From positions 1 through 64,000 of the forward strand of contig CBFGIT010000002.1 of assembly GCA_965648905.1 (NCBI GenBank): DNA of 64,000 nt. The letters are read 5' to 3'. Position numbers and translations under genes: made by a program. The stretch's first letter is position 1; every line of letters begins with the position of its first letter. Source of the stretch: a candidate division WOR-3 bacterium. GTDB lineage: Bacteria; Hydrothermota; Tepidihabitantia; Tepidihabitantales; Tepidihabitantaceae. Positions 30,093-37,963 of the stretch are shown one piece after another. The notes under the pieces are model-generated. The model worked only from the letters and a program-made list of their open reading frames with translations, was not told where the DNA came from and made no database searches.

Positions 30093-30524
30093 CTACTGGA
30101 TGAAACCGTGGGACTTGAACCGGCCGACAATCGTGTCCCTGGGCACGAGCCCGACAATCCTGGAAAGCTCGTTGCCCGAGCCGTCAAGGAACACGAGGGT
30201 CGGAATGGCCGTGACTCCGAACTTGGATGCAAGTTCCTTGTTCTGGTCCACGTCAATTGACCTGACCTCGACTTGGCCCTCGTACTCCTTTTCCAGGGCC
30301 TCGATGGTTGGCTTCAGTTCCTTGCACGGCGGACACCACGTCGCCCAGAAGTCCCAGAGCTTGGGCAAATTGGCGCTGGCCTGAGTCTGCTCTTTGGCCG
30401 GTTGCTCGGACACAGCCGCAGGAGTCGGCCGCGCCGGTGCCTGGGTCTGCTTCGGCCCGCAGTTGACAACAACGATGGCGAACGCCATCGTGATGACGGT
30501 CAGTAACAGCGGAAAGTTCTTCAT
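30093..30524 (-). CDS. Thioredoxin-family lipoprotein
   Basis: DFWATWCPPC, IPTLVF; signal ending VVNC. Confidence 0.9.
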   Translation of the reverse strand: MKNFPLLLTVITMAFAIVVVNCGPKQTQAPARPTPAAVSEQPAKEQTQASANLPKLWDFWATWCPPCKELKPTIEALEKEYEGQVEVRSIDVDQNKELASKFGVTAIPTLVFLDGSGNELSRIVGLVPRDTIVGRFKSHGFIQ

Positions 30525-31084
30525 CTGGCCTACATTCTGAACAGAACTGCCGAGATGTCAAATCAGGCCATGACTTGACCAGGCCCCGACCGGCAGTGCG
30601 GCAAGAGCCAGGGCGAAAACCTGTTCAGCCGTTGACTCGAACGCGCGGCCACCAGCCGAAGCATCAGCCCGACAATCGGCCCAAGCTGGTGCCTGAGTCT
30701 GCGCTCGGGGCACGGCTCGACGCATCGGAGCAGACAAGACCCAGGTAGACGCATGCGGGATCACCTTCGGCGAGACCGCGGCAGACACAGCCTCAGCCGC
30801 GACGCACAACATGCCGGCGCAGAGCATCTGGGTAGCCGGGGAGGGTTCAGAGGCCATCGTCCGTATCAGGTTCTAAGTTGCGCACTTACAGCCACAGGCG
30901 AGATGACAATCATGATAGTAATTACTATCATGGTTCCTGGTTCTCATGGACGGGCGAATGACCGTTCCTTGCCGCTGCCCTTAAGTGGGCTTGCTGCTGT
31001 CTGCTGGCCATGTTCGCTCACTCTTGGCGGTTCGTTTCCAGCCGTCGTGCGCTTGAGCTTGTGCTCGAGCTGCACCGCTGTTGA

Positions 31085-31405
31085 CATCGGCAACTCGGGG
31101 CATACCGTCTTGCAGACCCGCAACGGCCAAGAGGAGGCCAGGATGAAACGACGAAACCCGAAGTCCGAGTGACGAATGGCGGCGCGACGGTCGTGCGCGG
31201 GGTGCTGCAACTGAGCGTGCTCGGGTACAGTCAGCGTAGTGACAGTCCCATCGTGCTGCTGGACGCGGGTGGCCGGAGGGTGATGGAGCTTCAGCCGGGT
31301 GCGACTGACGTTCGGCACCTGAGCCCGGGTGTCTACTTCGTGCGCGAGGCGTATGGCATTGAGCGTCAGGCGTCCAGCGTGAGCAAGGTTGTCATAGCGC
31401 GGTGA
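31085..31405 (+). pseudogene. Orphan T9SS-type C-terminal sorting domain (gene remnant)
   Basis: ETTKPEVRVTNGGATVVRGVL...LLDAGGRRVMELQPGATDVRHLSPGVYFV...KVVIAR; in-frame TGA at 31082, no signal peptide or passenger domain. Confidence 0.6.
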
Positions 31406-31638
31406 GAAACACGGAGTGCACGGTCTGTATCACTACCCGGCGCGGGCGGACTTGGCGCTACCGCAGAGACAAGGAGGGCTGGACCCAGACCGGCCCGACC
31501 GGCAAGGTCCGCCGGCTCACCGCCGAGCAGTTGCTGTCGCACATCCTGCCCCCGCTCGCCGCAGGCAGCCGTGCCCACGTGCGGGTCAGGGTGGAGCCGG
31601 ATAGGACCGGCAAGAAGCCCGGGCAGCCAAGGTCCTAG
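31402..31638 (+). CDS. Small hypothetical protein
   Basis: 78 aa, GTG overlaps the preceding TGA; GWTQTGPTG...TAEQLLSHILP looks protein-like. Confidence 0.55.
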   Translation: MRNTECTVCITTRRGRTWRYRRDKEGWTQTGPTGKVRRLTAEQLLSHILPPLAAGSRAHVRVRVEPDRTGKKPGQPRS

Positions 31639-31696
31639 CAGACAGAGCCAGCCCGCCTGTGTTGCACGGGGCAGCCAGTGCCAATATCATTGATGG

Positions 31697-32413
31697 TTGC
31701 ACGAACCAGATGAACTGCTAAAGTCGCTGGCCGACGCGGTCGTGGCCATGAAGCCGGAGCTTGTGGCCGAGCTGGCACGGCAGGCGATTGAGCAGGGTGT
31801 ACCCGCGGAGCAGGCTATCAATAGTGGCCTTGCGGCCGGGATGCGCCGGATGGGCGAGAAGTTTGCAGCCCGCGAGTGTTTCGTGCCTGAAGTCTTGCTG
31901 GCGTCGCGGGCGATGTACGTCGGGTTTGAGATTCTGCAGAAGAAACTCACGGACGGCGGCCGGGAACTCGTCTCCCGCGGCAGGGTTGTGCTCGGCGTGG
32001 TGCAGGGCGACATTCACGACATCGGCAAGAACATCGTGAAGGTGATGGCTCAGGCCGCGGGTTTTGAGGTCATCGACCTGGGGCGGAACGTCAATCTGCC
32101 CGAGTTCGTGCGGGCAGTGGAGCGGGTGCTTGAGCGGGGAGGCGTGGGACATGATACGAATTGTCGGACAATTCGTTCATGTCCCGCACCGGTCCTGGGG
32201 ATGTCATCGCTCATGACCACGACCATGCCGCGCATGGGCACGGTGATTGGAATGCTTGACAAGGCCGGGCTGCGCCGGCAGGTGAAGGTGATTGTCGGTG
32301 GTGCGCCGACCACGGCCGAGTTTGCCCGTCGGATTGGTGCAGATTCCTGGGCAAGGGATGCACACTCCGCGGTCGAAGAAATTGCTCGGTTGGCGCACGG
32401 CCCAGAAACATGA
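31697..32413 (+). CDS. Corrinoid (cobalamin-binding) methyl-carrier protein, MtaC/MttC-like
   Basis: Cap domain GL..GM...GEKF....FVPEVL, B12 motif GDIHDIGKNIV, SSLMTTTM, VIVGGAP. Confidence 0.93.
   Translation: MHEPDELLKSLADAVVAMKPELVAELARQAIEQGVPAEQAINSGLAAGMRRMGEKFAARECFVPEVLLASRAMYVGFEILQKKLTDGGRELVSRGRVVLGVVQGDIHDIGKNIVKVMAQAAGFEVIDLGRNVNLPEFVRAVERVLERGGVGHDTNCRTIRSCPAPVLGMSSLMTTTMPRMGTVIGMLDKAGLRRQVKVIVGGAPTTAEFARRIGADSWARDAHSAVEEIARLAHGPET
32146..32185. repeat. Palindromic element, in frame inside the corrinoid gene
   Basis: GGGACATGATACGAATTGTC-G-GACAATTCGTTCATGTCCC; encodes GHDTNCRTIRSCP. Confidence 0.8.
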
Positions 32414-33399
32414 GCGCGGAACGGATGAGGCGGTTCGAGGACTTGCTGAAAGGCCTGTGTCCCTCGCCGGTGGTGTTTCCGATGGTGGTGGCGAATCACG
32501 CGGCGCGGCTTGAGGGCTTTGCCATCAGCGAGGCTGTCACCCAGGCTGACGTGCTCGCGCGGGTGCTGTACTCGGCGTACCGGTTCTACGGCTATGACAT
32601 TGTGCTCGTTTTCACCGATACCGTGGTCGAGGCCGAGGCGATGGGCGCACAGGTTCTTGTTCCTGAGGACGATGACCCGTTCGTGCTGTCGCCGGCAAGA
32701 GTGGCGAAGATTGAGCCGGCCGATCCGGAAAAGGACGGCCGGATGCCGGTCGTGCTCGAGGCGACGCGTCGGCTGGTCAAGCTGCTCGCCGGCGAAGCGC
32801 CGGTGCTTACGTCGCTCAAAGGGCCATTTTCCCTGGCTGCCTTTCTGTGCGGGGTCGAGAACTTCCTCGCGGACCTTCTGGACAATCCCAGGCGGGCGCG
32901 GCACTACCTTGATGTGGCGACCGAAAACCAGGTACGTTACGCCGAGGCCATCATCAAGGCGGGCGGGATTCCGTTCATCGGCGACCCGGTTGCCTCAGGC
33001 AGCATGATTAGCCCGGTGATGTTTCGTGAGTCTGCCCAGCCATACCTCGCCCGGCTTGTGCAGGTAATTCACGAGCAGGGCGTCAAGGTAGGACTGCACA
33101 TCTGCGGCGATACGCGGCAGTCATTACCGGACATGGCACGCACCGATGCCGATATCCTAAGCATCGACGAAATGGACTTGAGCGAAGCTCGCGCCAAGGT
33201 CGGGCCGGATGTGGTGCTGATGGGCAATGTCTCGACCCGAGTTCTGCTTGAGGGCACTCCGGACCAGGTCGCGCAGGAAACGCGCAAGTGCATCGAGACC
33301 GGCGGCGGCCGGCTGCTTATCTCTTCAAGCTGTGACGTGCCGACCGACGCACCCAAAGAGAACGTGCAGGCAATGGTGCAGGCCGCGCGAGGGACATGA
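32410..33399 (+). CDS. UroD/MtaA-family (methylcobalamin:thiol methyltransferase-like) protein
   Basis: VEAEAMG, P..DGRMPVVLEA, GPFSLA, DPVASGSMISP, HICG, SCDVP. Confidence 0.88.
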   Translation: MSAERMRRFEDLLKGLCPSPVVFPMVVANHAARLEGFAISEAVTQADVLARVLYSAYRFYGYDIVLVFTDTVVEAEAMGAQVLVPEDDDPFVLSPARVAKIEPADPEKDGRMPVVLEATRRLVKLLAGEAPVLTSLKGPFSLAAFLCGVENFLADLLDNPRRARHYLDVATENQVRYAEAIIKAGGIPFIGDPVASGSMISPVMFRESAQPYLARLVQVIHEQGVKVGLHICGDTRQSLPDMARTDADILSIDEMDLSEARAKVGPDVVLMGNVSTRVLLEGTPDQVAQETRKCIETGGGRLLISSSCDVPTDAPKENVQAMVQAARGT

Positions 33400-33430
33400 C
33401 CGAAATGCAGGGCATTTCGGATGGTGTCCC
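33391..33430. repeat. Palindromic element supplying the stop codon of the upstream gene
   Basis: GGGACATGACCGAAATGC-AGG-GCATTTCGGATGGTGTCCC; TGA at 33397-33399. Confidence 0.8.
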
Positions 33431-33463
33431 GAGGTTTGGCGTCCCAAGCCCCATGAGGCAACG

Positions 33464-34723
33464 ATGATTGGCAGAGAGACGTTTGAGCGCGTGCGGCAGG
33501 AGCACCTGGCCGAGCTGACCGAGCTGCAGCGACAGGGCAGAAAGCTGGTGGGCTATTTCTGCATCTACGCGCCGGTCGAGGTAATACACGCCACAGGTGC
33601 GATTCCGGTCCGACTGATGAAAGGCGGACACGCGGCCGAGACCACGGGCGAGAAGTTCCTGCGCTCAGATGCTTGCTCATTCTGCTCAAGCTGTCTCGGC
33701 AATTTCGAACTCGACCCGCTGTACCGCCAGGTGGATGCGGTTGTGGCTGTGAACACCTGCGACATGATGCGACGGCTACCTGAGGCAATTGAGACGCACT
33801 TCAACAAGCCGGTGTACCAGCTCTACCTGCCGCGGACCTCTGAGCCGCTGCCGCACCGGGTGGCCGAGTTCGTCAGGCAGCTTGAAGAACTGGGTTCTGC
33901 TGTGGCGGCGCTGACCAGAGAAGGGGGACACGATCCGAAACTCGCGGACGAGTCTCGGTTATGTCCCCAAGTCCTAGCCGAGGCGGTTGCCTCCTACAAC
34001 CGGTTGCGCGGGCTGCTCAGGCAGGCTCACGAGACACGGCGCGCCGACAATCCGCTGCTTTCTGAGAGCGCGATGCTTGACCTTGCGGCCACGGCCTGGT
34101 TTCTTGGGCCTACCAAGGCCGAATCGTTCATCGACAGCATGCTGCGGATTGTCTGGGCCCGACCCCGGCATGAAGGTTCACGGCCAAGGCTGATGCTCGG
34201 GGGCAGCATGTTGACCGAGGACGACCGGTGGCTGCTTGAGATGATTGAGGAGCGGGCCGATGTCGTCACTGATATCCTCTGCACCGGTACGCGCTGGTTC
34301 GCGGAAGACGTTCCGGCCGCGGAGGGACATGACCGGAATTGCCAGGACAATCCCTTGTGCGGTTTTGGTCGGTTGCACTCCCATCTCTCCGCAACTCTGA
34401 CCGGGACTGACTCGCGGGGCAATTCCGGATCGTGTCCCGAGACACAGATGCATTCCCTGGCCGAGTTCTACTACTCCCGGATTCCCTGCATGCACCGCCG
34501 GCCCAATGATGCGCTGTACGAGTACGCGCGGCGACAGGCAAGAGAGTTCCGGGTCGCAGGAGTCGTCTACAAGACCCTACTCTACTGCGACCCGTACAAC
34601 TTCGAGGCGAAGCGGCTCAAGGCCGCTCTGGGCCTGCCCATGCTGCACCTGGACACCAGCTACGCGCAGGAGAACCGGGAACAGGTGCGGACCCGGGTCG
34701 AGGCGTTTCTGGAGATGCTGTGA
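33464..34723 (+). CDS. 2-hydroxyacyl-CoA dehydratase (HgdA/B, BcrB/C, DCCP) family Fe-S protein
   Basis: VGYFC.YAP.E.I.A.G, NTCDMMRR, RPRLML.GS, LCTG, YCDPY, TRVEAFLEML; start corrected to ATG 33464. Confidence 0.9.
   Translation: MIGRETFERVRQEHLAELTELQRQGRKLVGYFCIYAPVEVIHATGAIPVRLMKGGHAAETTGEKFLRSDACSFCSSCLGNFELDPLYRQVDAVVAVNTCDMMRRLPEAIETHFNKPVYQLYLPRTSEPLPHRVAEFVRQLEELGSAVAALTREGGHDPKLADESRLCPQVLAEAVASYNRLRGLLRQAHETRRADNPLLSESAMLDLAATAWFLGPTKAESFIDSMLRIVWARPRHEGSRPRLMLGGSMLTEDDRWLLEMIEERADVVTDILCTGTRWFAEDVPAAEGHDRNCQDNPLCGFGRLHSHLSATLTGTDSRGNSGSCPETQMHSLAEFYYSRIPCMHRRPNDALYEYARRQAREFRVAGVVYKTLLYCDPYNFEAKRLKAALGLPMLHLDTSYAQENREQVRTRVEAFLEML
33925..33967. repeat. Palindromic element, in frame, inverted orientation
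   Basis: GGGACACGATCCGAAACTCG-CGGA-CGAGTCTCGGTTATGTCCC; encodes GHDPKLADESRLCP. Confidence 0.8.
34324..34438. repeat. Extended palindromic element (115 bp), in frame
   Basis: Arms GGGACATGACCGGAATTGCC (34324-34343) and GGCAATTCCGGATCGTGTCCC (34418-34438) around a 74-bp core. Confidence 0.8.
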
Positions 34724-36141
34724 GTCTGCCCGCGGACTGGGTGGACCCGGAGCCGAAACGTGTCACCTTTGACGAGTGGCTGGAGTTGTTCGAGCGTGTC
34801 CCGGATGAGCTGATTGAGCAGTACCACTACTATGGCAACCAGGACGCCTGGTCCAAGTACCTGTTTCCGCCCCAGACCTTTGCCATCTACGGCGCGCGCC
34901 ACCTGCGCCGCCTGAAGTTCGACAACTCGCTTGCTGCCCTGCGAATGTGGGGCTTTGTCCAGAACGAGACCGAGCGGCTGTTCCGCGCACGTCAGACCGG
35001 AAAGAAGGTCATCGCCACCATGGGCGACCTGGGCGCAGTGCCGGTCATCGTCAACTCATTTCCTAACTGCGTGGCCTTCTATCCTGACTGCATCTGGTGG
35101 ACACCTTTCGTCATGGAAAGCAAGGTGTTGTTCGACGCTGCAGCCGAGCTGGGCATTGGTGACGCGACCTGTTTCTCGCGTGCGGCCTTGGGCGCGTTTG
35201 CCAAGCACTCGTACTTTCCAGACCCGGACCTGGTCATTGCTTCGACCGGAGCCTCGTGCGACGACTATTCCGGTGTTGAGCAACTGGCCACCAGCATCGC
35301 TGCGGACGTGCTCTGGGTCGAGGAGCCGCTGAGAAAGGAATGCAGAATAGGGAATGCAGAATGCGGAAGGACGCAAAGCGGGATGGGGTATGAGCCGGAG
35401 CTACGCGAGCTGCTGGTTGAGGAGTATCGCCGGATAGTCTTGCGCATGGAGGAACTGACCGGCCACCAACTGACCACGGACGAGCTGAGGGCCGGCGTGC
35501 ACAGGGCGAACTTGGTGCGCAAGACTGTAAGGAGACTGCGCGAACTGGCATACCGCGACGGTGCACTTGCTGCGCTTGAGATGATGGTGGTCGAGTTCGG
35601 CAATCTCCATTACTACTCAGATATAGACGAGTGGACCGCAATTCTTGAACACCTGCTCGAAACAGCCGGGCAACGTCGCCGCGCTGGTCAACGGATCGTG
35701 GCCCAAGATGCCCTGCGCATCGTCTGGGTCACACCACCGGCTGACCCGTTGCTATTGACCTTTGTCGAAGACCGGGGCGCCCGCGTCGTCGGCACTGAGT
35801 ATGTCATCAACCAGGCGCTGGAGGTGATGGATGAGTCGCTCGATCCCCTGGAAGCAATTGCCGACTCCTTTCTGGCCGCATCGCTCATCGGCACATCGCG
35901 CGCCCGGGCCGAGGCAGCCGCAAGTCAGGCGCGAGAGAACCATGCCGAAGGGGTCATCATCTCTGGTATCCTTGGTGGCTCGCACTGCGCCATGGAAAGC
36001 CGGCTCATTTCTGACCACATCAAGACTGAGCTTGACCTGCCGGTGCTGGAGTTCGACGTCGCGCCACCGGCACGCGAAATCGACCGACAGGTGCAGACGC
36101 GAATCGAGGCGTCTCTGGAGCTGATACGGAGTCAACGGTGA
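34720..36141 (+). CDS. Second 2-hydroxyacyl-CoA dehydratase family subunit
   Basis: GKKVIA, ATCFSRA, PDLVIA..GASCDD, LEELTG-like MEELTG, GSHC, QVQTRIEA. Confidence 0.85.
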   Translation: MSLPADWVDPEPKRVTFDEWLELFERVPDELIEQYHYYGNQDAWSKYLFPPQTFAIYGARHLRRLKFDNSLAALRMWGFVQNETERLFRARQTGKKVIATMGDLGAVPVIVNSFPNCVAFYPDCIWWTPFVMESKVLFDAAAELGIGDATCFSRAALGAFAKHSYFPDPDLVIASTGASCDDYSGVEQLATSIAADVLWVEEPLRKECRIGNAECGRTQSGMGYEPELRELLVEEYRRIVLRMEELTGHQLTTDELRAGVHRANLVRKTVRRLRELAYRDGALAALEMMVVEFGNLHYYSDIDEWTAILEHLLETAGQRRRAGQRIVAQDALRIVWVTPPADPLLLTFVEDRGARVVGTEYVINQALEVMDESLDPLEAIADSFLAASLIGTSRARAEAAASQARENHAEGVIISGILGGSHCAMESRLISDHIKTELDLPVLEFDVAPPAREIDRQVQTRIEASLELIRSQR

Positions 36142-37193
36142 AGGACATCCTGACCCCGCGCGAGCGGTTCGGCCTTCTGGTTATCGACGAGCCGCAGGAC
36201 CGGGTCCCGGTCTTTCCCTTGGTCACCGCGCACGCGACCCGGGTTGCCGGTATCGGCCTGCGCGACTACTACACGGACGGGTTTGCCATGGCGCGCGCCC
36301 AGCTTGCCGCGCAGGAGTTCTACGGCATCGACTTCATCTCGTTCTTCTCTGAGGTCGGGCTCGTGGCCGAGGCCCTGGGCTCGAAGTTCGACTACCCGGA
36401 TGATGACCTGCCGATGCTGGCAGAGCCAAGGTGGCGCGAACTGGTTGACCCTGATGAGCTCGTAGTCAACCCGCGTGCTGACGGCCGGCTGCGCGTGTAT
36501 CTTGACGCGATTGCCTATGCCTATGAGGCACGGGGTGACACTGTGCCGATTCTTGCCTATGTGCCTGCTCCGTTCACGACCGCGCAGCAACTCGTGGACC
36601 AGGAGGCATTTCTGCTCGGACTTCTGACTGAGCCGGAGCGCGTTCATGCGCTACTGCGCCACGCCACTCGGTCGGTCAGGAGCCTTTGCCGCGGGGTGAT
36701 TGGTGCAGGCGGCCTGCCGATTCTTGTCGACCCGCTTGCCTCAGGCAGTGTCATCTCAGCCGAGCACTACCGCGCGTTCGCCCTGCCTTACGAAGCCGAG
36801 GTCATCCGCTACCTGCACCGTTACGACCTCGATGTGGTACTCCACATCTGCGGCGACACAAATCCCATCATCGAAATGATGCCAGAGTCAGGTGCAGATC
36901 TTCTGAGCATCGACCGCATCGAACTGCGCGACGCGGTCAGCAGCGCAGGCCAACGCTGCCGCATCATCGGCAACCTTGATACCTCGGCAATACTCCTCGG
37001 CTCCCCGGGTGAGATCGCCGACACGGTTGCCGAGATGATTGCGGCGGGTCAGAAGAACCCGACCGGGTTTGTCGCGGCAACCGGGTGCGAAGTGCCGCTC
37101 GACACACCACCGGAGAACGTCCATGCCTTTGTCCGTGCTGCCCGGGAAGCAGGACGCAATCCAGACTATGCTCAGGCACGGAGGGTAAGTTGA
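36138..37193 (+). CDS. Second UroD/MtaA-family protein
   Basis: TPRER...DRVPVFP, AEALG, APFT, DPLASGSVIS, LHICGDT, GCEVP..TPPENV. Confidence 0.88.
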   Translation: MKDILTPRERFGLLVIDEPQDRVPVFPLVTAHATRVAGIGLRDYYTDGFAMARAQLAAQEFYGIDFISFFSEVGLVAEALGSKFDYPDDDLPMLAEPRWRELVDPDELVVNPRADGRLRVYLDAIAYAYEARGDTVPILAYVPAPFTTAQQLVDQEAFLLGLLTEPERVHALLRHATRSVRSLCRGVIGAGGLPILVDPLASGSVISAEHYRAFALPYEAEVIRYLHRYDLDVVLHICGDTNPIIEMMPESGADLLSIDRIELRDAVSSAGQRCRIIGNLDTSAILLGSPGEIADTVAEMIAAGQKNPTGFVAATGCEVPLDTPPENVHAFVRAAREAGRNPDYAQARRVS

Positions 37194-37963
37194 TTACTGC
37201 CGGAATTGACGTTGGCTCAGTCAACACCAAGCTTGTCATCTTCGACCATGAACGGGCACAATTCGTCTGCGAGATGGTCGAGCCAACCGGACCGCGGCCG
37301 AGGGAAACCGCGCGTCGGGTCTTGAGTGAGTGTCGGGAGAAAAACCCGGGTCTTGAGACCAGGGTGCAGGGCATGGTTGCGACCGGTTATGCACGGCATG
37401 CGGTCGACGGCGTACATGACACAATTACCGAAATCAAAGCCGCGGCACTTGGCGTCAGGCACTGGTTCCGCGAGTGCCGAACCGTGGTCGACATCGGCGG
37501 ACAGGACTCAAAGGTGCTGGCCCTGGACGATGACGGGCGCGTGCAGGACTTCGTGATGAACGACCGGTGCGCTGCCGGGACCGGCAACTTCCTGTCGGTA
37601 TTGTCGCGCGCGCTAGCTGTGCCGCTTGAGGACTTTGGCCGGTTGAGCCTGGAGTCGCGGCGGCCAGTGCCGATTTCAAGCCTGTGCGTGGTGATGGCGG
37701 AATCGGAGATACTGTCACTGCTGGCCGCAGATACGCCGGTGCCAGATATCATCGCCGGTCTGCATCAAGCCCTGGCCCGACGCATCGCGAACATGGCTGC
37801 GCGACTCAAGATACAGCCCCAGGTAGTTTTCACTGGCGGCGTAGCCCAGAACCCGGGCATGAAGTTGGCCCTGGAGCAGGCGCTCGGTTTGCCGGTGACC
37901 GTACCCGAGAAGCCGCTGCTGGCCGCAGCCCTGGGCGCGGCACTGGCTAGCGGCAGTAAGTGA
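37190..37963 (+). CDS. ATP-dependent acyl-CoA dehydratase activase (HgdC/BadF-type ASKHA, 4Fe-4S)
   Basis: GIDVGSVNTK, TGYAR, TEI, DIGGQDSK, MNDRCAAGTG, SSLCVVMAESE, FTGGVA; TTG start at 37190 overlaps the upstream stop. Confidence 0.93.
   Translation: MITAGIDVGSVNTKLVIFDHERAQFVCEMVEPTGPRPRETARRVLSECREKNPGLETRVQGMVATGYARHAVDGVHDTITEIKAAALGVRHWFRECRTVVDIGGQDSKVLALDDDGRVQDFVMNDRCAAGTGNFLSVLSRALAVPLEDFGRLSLESRRPVPISSLCVVMAESEILSLLAADTPVPDIIAGLHQALARRIANMAARLKIQPQVVFTGGVAQNPGMKLALEQALGLPVTVPEKPLLAAALGAALASGSK

Noticed and set aside
31638..31697. Cobalamin riboswitch upstream of the corrinoid operon
   Set aside because: Gap is only about 60 bp and has no B12-box
33227..33463. N-terminal extension of the first Hgd-family ORF
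   Set aside because: Overlaps the upstream gene and a palindrome; family similarity starts at ATG 33464
32146..34438. CRISPR array from the repeated palindromes
   Set aside because: Irregular spacing of hundreds of bp, variable inner sequence, located inside genes, no cas genes
32410..37193. Calling the UroD-family genes hemE
   Set aside because: HxC...C zinc motif and the adjacent corrinoid protein indicate MtaA-type methyltransferases; no tetrapyrrole genes nearby
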